This document shows, piece by piece, positions 13,382 through 22,162 of a DNA stretch of 64,000 nt; position 1 is the first letter of the stretch, and each line of letters starts with the position of its first letter. The DNA comes from an uncultured Pseudomonadota bacterium (GTDB lineage Bacteria; Oederibacteriota; Muellerivitia; Muellerivitales; Muellerivitaceae). Both the position numbers and the translations under genes were made by a program. The notes under the pieces were generated by a model. That model ran no database searches, was not told the origin of the DNA, and saw only the letters and a program-made list of their open reading frames with translations. The stretch spans positions 1,408,001 through 1,472,000 of the forward strand of contig CAWIIP010000002.1 of NCBI GenBank assembly GCA_963836235.1, given 5' to 3'.

Positions 13382-13719
13382 TCATCAACCTCTTATTTAT
13401 ATCGGCCATTCATTGAGGAGGCGAAAGACCGCTGTTAACGATAACGGAGGGCTTCACTGCACACCTCTTGCGGCCTCAAAAGACACTTTTTAGCCCGAAA
13501 TGGGCCCGGATTTTTTATTTTTTGATCAGAATCGGTTGCGAAACAGCGCATTAAGATGATGCTTATTATAGTCGGCCTCGCTTTGAATTACATTTTAAAA
13601 GTGATTGTTTTTCCACACTTTTCAAAAGCCTTTATAAAAAATAGCTCAAATAAATGGGCATTAATAAAATGATTATTTACAGACCTTTTAGGAACCACTT
13701 TCGAGTCCATTCGGGGAAT

Positions 13720-13735
13720 TGTTCCATGTGGAACA
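13720..13735. promoter_or_regulatory. parS-like ParB binding site
   Basis: TGTTCCATGTGGAACA matches the parS consensus TGTTNCACGTGNAACA with one central change; downstream of rsmG near the origin. Confidence 0.8.
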
Positions 13736-13809
13736 AAACAAGGCCATCAGTCACACCGCCTTGGAACTCAGAATTTTGAAAAGGGAATCGGGATAGGCTG
13801 GAAAAAAAT

Positions 13810-14538
13810 TCAGAGGGGTTTCTTGGAAGGCTGGCCCACAGGCCGTGGATAAGTCGGGGAAGTTGTCCCCTGTTTTTCCACAATCACTATAAAACGTGAC
13901 CGATTTAATCCGGGAAGCGAATATGAAGCCTTATGAACGATTTTACACCGAAGGAGCTCCAAGGCCTTTTGGGCCTTATCCACGATGCCTACTTGGTCTT
14001 CGGTCATCCAATTCACAAGATATCCACCGGTTTTCAAGAGCGGGATACCATATTCCAAAACAGTCCGAAAATCGGCAACCGCCCGGACCGTTACCCCGTC
14101 CCAGGTCTCCCGGGTCTGGGGGTTACGACCTATCTCTTCCGCCCGGCCCGTGAGGGTCTTGGATTTCCATCCCGCGGCTTCCAGGCATAGCTCCAGGGCT
14201 TTGGTCTTCTTGGCCACCGAATCCATCAAGGTCACTTCGGTTTCGGCAAAAGCCGCGATCAAAACCACGCCCGGAAAGCCACAGCCCGACCCCAAATCCA
14301 TCCATCGTTGCGGGGCCTTGAGCAAAGGCTTTATTTCCGGCAGGGCATAAGCGGAATCGAGGAGATGGTTATTGAGAAAGGCCTCATCTTCTGTCCAACG
14401 GGTGAGATTGAGGCTTTCGTTGATTTGAAGCATCTGAAGGGAAAATCGGGTAAGGGCCGAAAGGGCATCGCTGGAGATCAATCCGGTTAAGCCGGCTTTC
14501 TCCAGCGTTTCTCCCAGAAGCTCAGGAGTAAGGCTCAA
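13810..14538 (-). CDS. rsmG: 16S rRNA m7G527 methyltransferase
   Basis: NLT, HLLDS, DLGSGCGFPG, GRAEE, RAVA; overlaps the end of mnmG. Confidence 0.95.
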   Translation of the reverse strand: MSLTPELLGETLEKAGLTGLISSDALSALTRFSLQMLQINESLNLTRWTEDEAFLNNHLLDSAYALPEIKPLLKAPQRWMDLGSGCGFPGVVLIAAFAETEVTLMDSVAKKTKALELCLEAAGWKSKTLTGRAEEIGRNPQTRETWDGVTVRAVADFRTVLEYGIPLLKTGGYLVNWMTEDQVGIVDKAQKALELLRCKIVHKASYSLPGLNRSRFIVIVEKQGTTSPTYPRPVGQPSKKPL

Positions 14539-16442
14539 ATTTCAGCTTCCGGGAAAGTAGAAGAGGCCTCCGCTTGCTGTTTGGAGTAGCGGCTGATCGC
14601 CAAAAGGAAAACCGCCAAGTCGGCTTGGCTGACCCCCTGGATGCGGGTGGCCTGGCCGAAGGTTTCCGGCCTGATCTTATTCAGTTTTTCCTTGGCTTCG
14701 CGCGAAAAACCCCGGACCTCCAGGTAGGGGAAGTCCCGAGGGATGGGAAGGGTCTCATTACGGCTTTGCCTTTGAATCTCCTGCCTCTGCTTGCGCAAAT
14801 AGCCTTCATACTTCAGCTCCACTTCGATCTGAAAGGCGACTTCACCCTCAAACTGCAGGTCGGGGGGCAGGAAAGGCTTTAAACCCTCATAAGTCATCCA
14901 GGGCCGCCGCAGGATATTGTCCAGGTAGAGCGCCCGGTCTTGAACCGTAAGCTGCAAGGCCTCATTGGGAGCCGCTTCAGGGGGCAAAACCCGGGTGCGA
15001 AAGCCCTTCAGGCCTCTTTCAATCTGAACTTTTTTCTCAATGAGAGCTTCCCGGGCCTCCCGAGGGATCAATCCCAGCTCATAACCCTTCTCCATCAGGC
15101 GTAAGTCGGCATTGTCAGGCCTCAAAAGGAGCCGGTATTCGGCCTTGGAGGTGAAAAGCCGGTAGGGTTCTTCGGTGCCTTTGGTAACCAAATCGTCCAC
15201 CAGGACTCCAATATAGGCTTCAGTACGGGAAAGGGTGAAAGGAGCCAGGCCTTTGACCACCAGGGCGGCGTTGATTCCCGCCATCAAGCCCTGGGCGGCA
15301 GCTTCCTCATACCCGGAAGTCCCATTGATTTGGCCCGCCAGGAAGAGGTTCTTCACCCGATAAGTCTCCAAGCTATGGGAAACCTGCGTGGGGGGGACAA
15401 AGTCATATTCCACCGCGTAACCGGGCCGGACAATTTCCGCTTGCTCCAGCCCCGGAACCGTATGGAGAAAGGCATATTGTGCATCCAGGGGGAGGGAAGT
15501 AGAGAGGCCGTTCAGGTAAAACTCGTTAGTGGAGAGCCCTTCGGGCTCCAGGAAGATCTGGTGCCTTTCCTTATCCGGAAATTTGACCACCTTGTCCTCA
15601 ATTGAGGGGCAATAGCGGGGCCCGATACCTTTGATGACCCCCGAATAGAGGGGTGAGCGGGACATGTTGTCCTTGATGGCCTGGTGGGTCCGGTCATTGG
15701 TGTAGGTGATATAGCAGGCGATCTGGGGCTGCAGTGGGAAAGTGGTGGTGAAGTGCGAGAAGGGAACCGGATCCGCGTCCCCCCATTGCTCTTCCGTTTT
15801 GGAAAAGTCGATGGACTCCCGCTTCACCCGGGGGTTGGTGCCGGTTTTTAGGCGCCTCACGTCAAAACCCAGTTCTCGAAGGTTCGTAGGCAAGCCCTTA
15901 GAGGAAAGGTCGCCGTTGCGGCCTCCCTCGATTTTGGTTTCGCCGATATGCATCAAACCGTTCAGAAAGGTGCCGGTAGTGATCACCACGGCCTTAGCCT
16001 GGATCTCCTCGCCCGTTTGGGTGAGAACGCCCTTCACGATACCGCCTTCCACGATCAAGCGCTCGACCATGGCTTGCTTCACTTCCAAACCCGGCTGGCG
16101 CAAGACGGTGTGCTTCATGCGGTGGTTATATTGTTCCTTGTCGCATTGGGCGCGAAGGCCCCAGACCGCCGGCCCTTGGGTTTTGTTCAGCACGCGCGAT
16201 TGGATGGAAGTCTCGTCGGTGGCCTTGGCCATCTCGCCGCCCAGGGCGTCGATCTCACGCACTAGGTGGCCCTTCGCCAGTCCGCCCACGGCCGGATTGC
16301 AGCTCATCTTGGCGACGGTGTCCGGGTTCATGGTCAGGAGCGCCGTGGAAAGCCCCATGCGGGCGCAAGCCAGCGCGGCCTCGCAACCGGCGTGTCCGGC
16401 TCCGACCACGATCACGTCATAGGATAAGAAAGTACTCGCCAC
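14535..16442 (-). CDS. mnmG: tRNA uridine-5-carboxymethylaminomethyl modification enzyme (GidA)
   Basis: GAGHAGCEAA, MSCNPAVGG, GPRYCPSIEDK, GQINGTSGYEEAAAQG. Confidence 0.98.
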   Translation of the reverse strand: MASTFLSYDVIVVGAGHAGCEAALACARMGLSTALLTMNPDTVAKMSCNPAVGGLAKGHLVREIDALGGEMAKATDETSIQSRVLNKTQGPAVWGLRAQCDKEQYNHRMKHTVLRQPGLEVKQAMVERLIVEGGIVKGVLTQTGEEIQAKAVVITTGTFLNGLMHIGETKIEGGRNGDLSSKGLPTNLRELGFDVRRLKTGTNPRVKRESIDFSKTEEQWGDADPVPFSHFTTTFPLQPQIACYITYTNDRTHQAIKDNMSRSPLYSGVIKGIGPRYCPSIEDKVVKFPDKERHQIFLEPEGLSTNEFYLNGLSTSLPLDAQYAFLHTVPGLEQAEIVRPGYAVEYDFVPPTQVSHSLETYRVKNLFLAGQINGTSGYEEAAAQGLMAGINAALVVKGLAPFTLSRTEAYIGVLVDDLVTKGTEEPYRLFTSKAEYRLLLRPDNADLRLMEKGYELGLIPREAREALIEKKVQIERGLKGFRTRVLPPEAAPNEALQLTVQDRALYLDNILRRPWMTYEGLKPFLPPDLQFEGEVAFQIEVELKYEGYLRKQRQEIQRQSRNETLPIPRDFPYLEVRGFSREAKEKLNKIRPETFGQATRIQGVSQADLAVFLLAISRYSKQQAEASSTFPEAEI

Positions 16443-16531
16443 GAAAAACCTCTAAGAAAAAATAATTCGGATCGAGTTTATAACACAAGTAGGGAAGAGG
16501 TACAACGCCGCTCCAAAGGAACTGCGCTCGA

Positions 16532-16675
16532 ACCACCAAGAGCACCGCCCTTTGGCTGAAAGCCAAAGACGTAAACGAGCTTACCAAGAGAGGCAAAAGC
16601 GAATTGGATTTTAAAACCGCTTCTTAAAATTTCGTTTTCGTTGTTCTGGTTGAACTCGTTTACACCCTTGGTGGT
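16532..16675. repeat. Nested palindromic intergenic element
   Basis: ACCACCAAG/CTTGGTGGT outer arms, GTAAACGAG/CTCGTTTAC inner arms, CTTTGGC-tgaaa-GCCAAAG side hairpin. Confidence 0.65.
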
Positions 16676-16705
16676 AAAAAATTCTCAAAAGCCTTTAGGG
16701 CCTTT

Positions 16706-16721
16706 TGTTCCACATGGAACA
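16706..16721. promoter_or_regulatory. parS-like ParB binding site, second copy in inverted orientation
   Basis: TGTTCCACATGGAACA is the exact reverse complement of 13720-13735. Confidence 0.8.
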
Positions 16722-16744
16722 ATTCAATGGACAAGTCCCATTTT

Positions 16745-16773
16745 AAGTATTACTTTTATTATAAGTAATACTT
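16745..16773. promoter_or_regulatory. Probable autoregulatory operator of the toxin-antitoxin operon
   Basis: Perfect 11-bp inverted repeat AAGTATTACTT-N7-AAGTAATACTT overlapping a -10-like AT tract just upstream of the antitoxin RBS. Confidence 0.65.
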
Positions 16774-16791
16774 TCAAAAGGAGTACGCCTT

Positions 16792-17055
16792 ATGGATAGC
16801 ATCGTCACGACCAAAGGCCAAGTGGTGATTCCTATGGATTTACGGGCAAAATACGAGATCCAAAAGGGCACCCGGGTCCATTTTGCCGAGGAAAACGGCC
16901 GTATTTACCTGGTCCCCCTGAACGCGAAGCTGATTGAACAATATGCCGGCATTCTCAAGGGTGGCAAAGGTTCCATGACCAAAGCCCTTCTAGAAGAGCG
17001 ACGTAAAGAACGGATCCGGGAAGATAAAAAAGTAAAACGCTGGACCCAGCGTTGA
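16792..17055 (+). CDS. AbrB/MazE/SpoVT family antitoxin (VapB-like)
   Basis: VTTKGQVVIPMDLRAKYEIQKGTRV; RBS AAGGAG; overlaps the downstream PIN gene. Confidence 0.9.
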   Translation: MDSIVTTKGQVVIPMDLRAKYEIQKGTRVHFAEENGRIYLVPLNAKLIEQYAGILKGGKGSMTKALLEERRKERIREDKKVKRWTQR

Positions 17056-17450
17056 ACCCCCTTATCTTTGACAGCAGTGCCCTTCTCAGTTATTTCCTGG
17101 GGGAAGAGGGGGCTTCGGAAGTCCAAAAACTCCTCAAGACCGCGGTTCACGAAGAAGCCTCCCTTTTTCTTTCGCCGATCAATCTAGGGGAAATGTTTTA
17201 TATCGTTTCCCGAAAAGAAAGCCCTGAAAAAGCCGAAAGCCTCGTCCAAATGCTGGACGAGTTATTTTTTGAGATGCCCCCGGTGGACGTTGAAACATCG
17301 CTCTTGGCCGCCAAGCTTAAAGGAAGTCACGGCTTAGGATACGCGGATGCCTTTGCTGCGGCCTTGGCCCTGCGGCAAAAGGGAGACTTGGTGACAGGCG
17401 ATAAAGAATTCAAGGCCATCGAAAAAGAACTCACCATTCACTGGATTTGA
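17052..17450 (+). CDS. PIN-domain VapC toxin
   Basis: IFDSSALL, NLGE, GLGYADAFAAA, LVTGDKEF. Confidence 0.9.
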   Translation: MNPLIFDSSALLSYFLGEEGASEVQKLLKTAVHEEASLFLSPINLGEMFYIVSRKESPEKAESLVQMLDELFFEMPPVDVETSLLAAKLKGSHGLGYADAFAAALALRQKGDLVTGDKEFKAIEKELTIHWI

Positions 17451-17468
17451 TCCGAAGAAAGAAAACCT

Positions 17469-18176
17469 ATGCGCCTCTACATCATCCGCCACGCCGAACC
17501 CGATTACGAACATAACACCATCACGAAGCAAGGCCACAAGGAGGCTCGAGCACTGGCCAAGCGTTTAAAAAGTGAAGGCCTTACCCGGATCTATTCCTCG
17601 CCCCTAGGCCGGGCGCTTCACACCGCCGACTACACCGCCAAGGCCACGGGCCTGAAAGTGAAAGTGGAAAACTGGACCCGTGAACTTTCGGAATTGAAGA
17701 TGGAATCCATCCCGCCCTGGGAGCCTTTGATCGCCTGGGACTTGCCCGGCGAAATCATCCGGGCGAAAAGGGAAGTCCTGACCCACGAAGCCTGGCACCA
17801 AATCCCCCACCTGGGCTCGAAGAAGTTCCGGCGGGTGATCGCCCGGGTTAACCGCCATTCGGACGCCTTCCTCCAACGCCACGGCTACCGCCGCTCCGGT
17901 GGGCGCTACCGGGTGCTGAAGGATAACCGGGAAAGGGTCGCGGTCTTTTGTCATGGGGGTTTCGGCCTCACCTGGCTTTCTCATCTTTTGGAAATTCCCC
18001 CGCCCCTCATGTGGTCCGGTTTTTGGATGGCGCCCTCTTCGGTCACCACAGTACTATTCGACAGGCGCTCCCCAAAGTGGGCCGTGCCCCGCTGTATCGG
18101 CTTTTGCGATACCTCCCACCTGCGCCTTGAGGGCCTGCCGGTTTCCACCCACGGCATTAAGGCCAACTTCGATTAG
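17469..18176 (+). CDS. Histidine phosphatase family protein
   Basis: IIRHAE, IYSSPLGRALHTA, VFCHGG. Confidence 0.9.
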   Translation: MRLYIIRHAEPDYEHNTITKQGHKEARALAKRLKSEGLTRIYSSPLGRALHTADYTAKATGLKVKVENWTRELSELKMESIPPWEPLIAWDLPGEIIRAKREVLTHEAWHQIPHLGSKKFRRVIARVNRHSDAFLQRHGYRRSGGRYRVLKDNRERVAVFCHGGFGLTWLSHLLEIPPPLMWSGFWMAPSSVTTVLFDRRSPKWAVPRCIGFCDTSHLRLEGLPVSTHGIKANFD

Positions 18177-18240
18177 TTTGGCTTTCCTCCGAGCCTTCTT
18201 GGGGCCAAAGGGGGTCTCCTAGCCGTCCAAGGGCTACCTC

Positions 18241-18347
18241 CTACTTTCCTTTGAGTCAAAATGGCCAAAAACATCCCTTCGGGCGTAACGAGTTTGAAAA
18301 TCTCAAACTCGTTACGCTTTTGAAGCTATTTTGACCCAATGGAGTAG
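18241..18347. repeat. Long imperfect hairpin between convergent genes
   Basis: Perfect 15-bp stem GCGTAACGAGTTTGA/TCAAACTCGTTACGC (18283-18317) inside imperfect outer arms. Confidence 0.7.
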
Positions 18348-18503
18348 GGGGGGTCTGGTCACTTATAAGGCCTATCCAGGTGGACGTTCCAGATACCAGA
18401 TTTGAAGAGCATTTTTAAATCTTGTTTTATAAAAATTTTATAAAACAAACTCTTTAAAGATGCATAAGGATAATCTAGCCTTTTTTCCTAGAGTTTGAGC
18501 CCC

Positions 18504-19490
18504 TTAAAGCCCATCCATCACCTGGCTTAAGAGCTCATAAGACCTTAGCCGGGCCGGGAAGTCATAGATGGCCGAATGTACCATTACCTCATCCACCCTC
18601 GTTTCCTTGATAAAGGCCTTTAGGCCCTTCTCAATGGTTTGGGGCGACCCCACGAAGGAACAGCCCAGCCAGGCCTCCGCCTGGGCCTTTTCTTCCGGGG
18701 TCCAAAAGCTTTCGATATCGACCAGGGGTGGCGGCATCTGGCCCCTTTTCCCCCGAAAAATGTTAGTGACGGTTTGCTGGGTTGAGGTGAAAAGGCATTT
18801 CGCCTCCTCGTCCGTTTCGGCGGCAATCACATTGACGCAGACCATGGCCCGGGAACGCTGCAGCTTGCCCGAAGCCTTAAATTGGGCCCGGTAGAGGGGC
18901 AAGGCCTCCCTGAGGTCCTTCGGGGCGAAATGGGCGGCGAAAGCATAGGGCAACCCCAATTGGGCGGCCAATTGCGCCCCAAACAGGCTGGACCCGAGGA
19001 TCCAAAGGGGCACGTTGGTGCCCGCTCCCGGCACGGCCTTCACCGCCTGCCCCGGCAGGGCAGGGCTCAAAAGCTCTTCCAGTTCCAAAACATCTTGCGG
19101 GAAATGGTCCGAGTTACCCGGTGGGCGCCGCAGGGCTATTAGGGTGCGCTGGTCGGTACCCGGCGCCCGGCCCAGCCCCAGGTCGATGCGCCCGGGATAA
19201 AGGGTTTCCAGCGTGCCGAACTGTTCGGCAATCACCAAGGGCGAATGGTTGGGAAGCATCACCCCGCCCGATCCCACCCGGATGGTGCGGGTACCCCCAG
19301 CCAAATAGCCGATGACCACCGCTGTGGCGGCACTGGCAATGCCGGGCATGTTGTGGTGCTCCGCCACCCAAAACCGCTTGTAACCCCAAGCTTCGGCCTT
19401 CTGAGCCAGCTTCAGCGACCGCCGAAGCGCCTCCGCCGGATTGGACCCTTGGGTAACGGGAACTAAGTCAAAAACCGAGAAATCAGCCAT
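18504..19490 (-). CDS. LLM-class flavin-dependent oxidoreductase (YhbW-like)
   Basis: [45 protein letters not shown]; ATG at 19490 preferred. Confidence 0.92.
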   Translation of the reverse strand: MADFSVFDLVPVTQGSNPAEALRRSLKLAQKAEAWGYKRFWVAEHHNMPGIASAATAVVIGYLAGGTRTIRVGSGGVMLPNHSPLVIAEQFGTLETLYPGRIDLGLGRAPGTDQRTLIALRRPPGNSDHFPQDVLELEELLSPALPGQAVKAVPGAGTNVPLWILGSSLFGAQLAAQLGLPYAFAAHFAPKDLREALPLYRAQFKASGKLQRSRAMVCVNVIAAETDEEAKCLFTSTQQTVTNIFRGKRGQMPPPLVDIESFWTPEEKAQAEAWLGCSFVGSPQTIEKGLKAFIKETRVDEVMVHSAIYDFPARLRSYELLSQVMDGL

Positions 19491-19818
19491 GGATTTACCT
19501 TTTCTATTCACGAGGGAAAAACGGGAACGGCTTCAATGTAGGTAGTAGAGAGAGTGAAAGCAATGAGAGAGGTATTAAAGATAAACCTAGGGAATAAATA
19601 ACGACAACTATTTAATAATTTTATTAATTCCCAATTGAATCTCTTTTTTCGAGATTATGCCGCGTGCACAAGAAAGGTCGACACTTTACAGTTTCTCTAA
19701 TCCTCTTTGGGCATTGAAGAATCGTTATTTTTCCTTTATTTCCAGCTCGAATAAAAAACCTAGTGAAGTTCGAAAGGCGGATTACACTATTCAAGGTTAT
19801 CCATTCGGACGGAGTCTT

Positions 19819-20448
19819 ATGAAAATAATTCCTCTCATCCTTATTCTTCTATTCCTCTTTAATTCCTTGAAAGCCTTTACGTTCCCACCGACCGAATCCC
19901 TGGAAATCAAATATCAAGAACTCCTGCCAATTCAATTTCAACTGGTGACCGTTCAGCACATGCGGTTCCCAGGGCTTCCCAAGGCCGTGGTCGTCACCTA
20001 TATCCCCTTGTCCGGGGTAAAAAAAGGACCCGAGGCCATGGCGGCTCTTCTCGCCGATGGGGCGGACGGACCCTATGTTGTATGGCAATCGGCCCCCATC
20101 CATGCCATACCCGAACCTTTTTCGGGGGTTCATTTCCTCGGTCCCGGTTCCCGGGTGGAGGTATTTTTGTTCTGCCACGCTTATGGGGCTTCCGCCGGAG
20201 TCCACATGGAAGCCTATCGATGGGACGGCAAGACCTTCTCGTCCGTGGGCCTCAAGCCCTTGGACGGTTTCGATACCCTGACTGTCGAATTTCTGGGAAA
20301 CATCGGTGAGTATATGGTGGTCGTGAGGGGCCGCTACCATTACGTGGAATATCTGATTTACGAAAATGGCAATCTGGTGGCTGCTCCCGCAAACTACGTC
20401 AAAGAATATCTTTTGAAAAAGTCGGGGCGGAGTTTTGTTCCCCATTAA
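19819..20448 (+). CDS. Hypothetical exported protein
   Basis: GGAG RBS before the ATG at 19819, signal-peptide-like MKIIPLILILLFLF; no family recognised. Confidence 0.6.
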   Translation: MKIIPLILILLFLFNSLKAFTFPPTESLEIKYQELLPIQFQLVTVQHMRFPGLPKAVVVTYIPLSGVKKGPEAMAALLADGADGPYVVWQSAPIHAIPEPFSGVHFLGPGSRVEVFLFCHAYGASAGVHMEAYRWDGKTFSSVGLKPLDGFDTLTVEFLGNIGEYMVVVRGRYHYVEYLIYENGNLVAAPANYVKEYLLKKSGRSFVPH

Positions 20449-20523
20449 CTTTTTGGAAATCTTCACCGGTTCAATAAGAGAATGAGAAAAAAAGATAAAC
20501 TTCGATTTTGAAGGGAAATAAAA

Positions 20524-20802
20524 ATGGGAACCAAGGCTAACAGGGATTCGGGCATCAGCTCTTTCGTGGGGGATCTTCTGGAAAAGGAAGGCCTTGAACT
20601 TTATGAAAAATGGTTCGCGCGATTAAAAGAGCAAAGTCCCGCCGACCAAAAGATAACGGATTTTCAAGTGCGGGATGAAATGCTGACCGAAATCGCTTCT
20701 TTGGCTACTGAGGGCAATTCCCTCATTTTGAGCAAGAAAGATAAGCTTTTGATCGAAGACCTTTTGAATCGCTTCTTACAAAAAGCCCATCTTCTGAAGT
20801 AA
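20524..20802 (+). CDS. Hypothetical protein
   Basis: 92-aa ORF with purine-rich RBS filling the gap; no family recognised. Confidence 0.55.
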   Translation: MGTKANRDSGISSFVGDLLEKEGLELYEKWFARLKEQSPADQKITDFQVRDEMLTEIASLATEGNSLILSKKDKLLIEDLLNRFLQKAHLLK

Positions 20803-20824
20803 CGAAAGAGTGTGGGGAAAATAA

Positions 20825-21589
20825 ATGAGAAAAGATCATTGGCTTTATATTTTCCTTACGGTCTTTTTAGCCTCCACTCCTCAAGCATGGGCCGGGCCTC
20901 CTTTTTTAACCGACGACCCGGAGCCGGTGGATTTTAACCATTTCGAGTTTTACGTCTTTTCCACATTGGACAAGTCCGGTGGCAGCGCCCTGATTCAGAC
21001 GCCCGCCTCTGAGTTCAATTGGGGCGCCTTGCCCGACTTGCAACTACACGTGGCAACCTGTCTGACTTATTTTTCTCCCGGACCAGGCGCTTCCGCTTAC
21101 GGCCTGGGAGACTCAGAAATGGGCGCCAAATTCCGGTTTCTGGACGAAACCCCCGACCATCCTCAAATGGCCATCTATCCCTTGGCGGAAATTTCCACGG
21201 GGAATGCTTCGAAGGGATTGGGTAATGGGCTCACTTGGTACAAGCTTCCCCTCTGGATTCAAAAAAGCTGGGGACCTTGGACTACCTACGGCGGGGGCGG
21301 CTATGCCTTCAATGCCGCGCCTGGCGCGCGTGATTATCCCTTCGGCGGCTGGCTTCTCCAAAGGGATTTGAACCAAACCTTGACCTTAGGAGGGGAACTC
21401 TTCGCCCAAGGCCCGGATACCCAAGCCGCCCAGGGCTTTCTCCTGGTAAACCTAGGTGGTCAGTTGAACTTTTCCCCCGGCTTCAGCCTGCTCCTCTCCG
21501 GCGGCCATTCCATTGTGGGGGAGGATCAAACCGTATCTTACTTGGCGCTTTATTGGACCTGGGGACCCGAGGAAAAGAAAAACCCTTAA
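20825..21589 (+). CDS. Putative outer-membrane beta-barrel protein (phenol MetA-like channel family)
   Basis: Signal peptide ending AWA, GPPFLTDDPEP motif, amphipathic beta strands, aromatic C-terminal strand. Confidence 0.65.
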   Translation: MRKDHWLYIFLTVFLASTPQAWAGPPFLTDDPEPVDFNHFEFYVFSTLDKSGGSALIQTPASEFNWGALPDLQLHVATCLTYFSPGPGASAYGLGDSEMGAKFRFLDETPDHPQMAIYPLAEISTGNASKGLGNGLTWYKLPLWIQKSWGPWTTYGGGGYAFNAAPGARDYPFGGWLLQRDLNQTLTLGGELFAQGPDTQAAQGFLLVNLGGQLNFSPGFSLLLSGGHSIVGEDQTVSYLALYWTWGPEEKKNP

Positions 21590-21611
21590 CCGGATTTGTC
21601 CGTTTAAAAGT

Positions 21612-22004
21612 TCAAAATTTTTTAAAAATGAGATAAGCCACGAGTGTGGCGATTATGGATATGCCAAAGCCGATGGAGATAATTTTCAAGGCGTTTTGGC
21701 GGTCCAGAAGCCGGTCCTCGGCCTGCTCTACGGGTTCGCTTTGAAAAGCCGCTTTGTCCAGGTTCATCAATCCACGCAGACCGAAGTTGACGCAAAAATG
21801 GGAATAGTACTCCAACAAGCCTATGCTTCCCGCCAAGGCCGGGATGAAAAGAAAAAAATTCGCCCATCGGGGAAAAGGGGCCAGGTGAAAATAAACCGCC
21901 AGCCCCATGAAGGCGACCGTGCCGATCCATCCCACTCTTTCACGCTGCACACGCTCTTGCGGGCCGATGTTGCAAATGCCGGGAATATATTTAGCCTGTT
22001 CCAT
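21612..22004 (-). CDS. Conserved small membrane protein
   Basis: YIPGICNIGPQE and HFCVNFG motifs, three hydrophobic helices, RBS AGGAG. Confidence 0.7.
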   Translation of the reverse strand: MEQAKYIPGICNIGPQERVQRERVGWIGTVAFMGLAVYFHLAPFPRWANFFLFIPALAGSIGLLEYYSHFCVNFGLRGLMNLDKAAFQSEPVEQAEDRLLDRQNALKIISIGFGISIIATLVAYLIFKKF

Positions 22005-22162
22005 GGAAAACTCCTTTCGGGGCTCGATGTGAATGATGGGGAGTAGCCTGAGGGAAAGGGGATTCGAAAAGCAAGTGGGCCGCTCTTTTCAGGTTAACCG
22101 GTTCCGTTCGGGCATGGGACTAGGCTTTCCCCTAAAAGAAAGGATAAGGAAAGGATTCCCCC

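Noticed and set aside
13677-13883. 68-aa minus-strand ORF containing FHMEQ
   Set aside because: Overlaps rsmG; FHMEQ is simply the translated parS palindrome
13600-13890. DnaA-box-like 9-mers (TTTTCCACA 13609-13617 and 13874-13882, CGTGGATAA 13844-13852) as oriC
   Set aside because: Few and imperfect, two lie inside rsmG, and there are no trios; the dnaA-dnaN region fits much better. They may still be regulatory boxes.
17469-18176. Histidine phosphatase as the missing CobC
   Set aside because: Lies 19 kb from the cob cluster and family motifs do not specify the substrate
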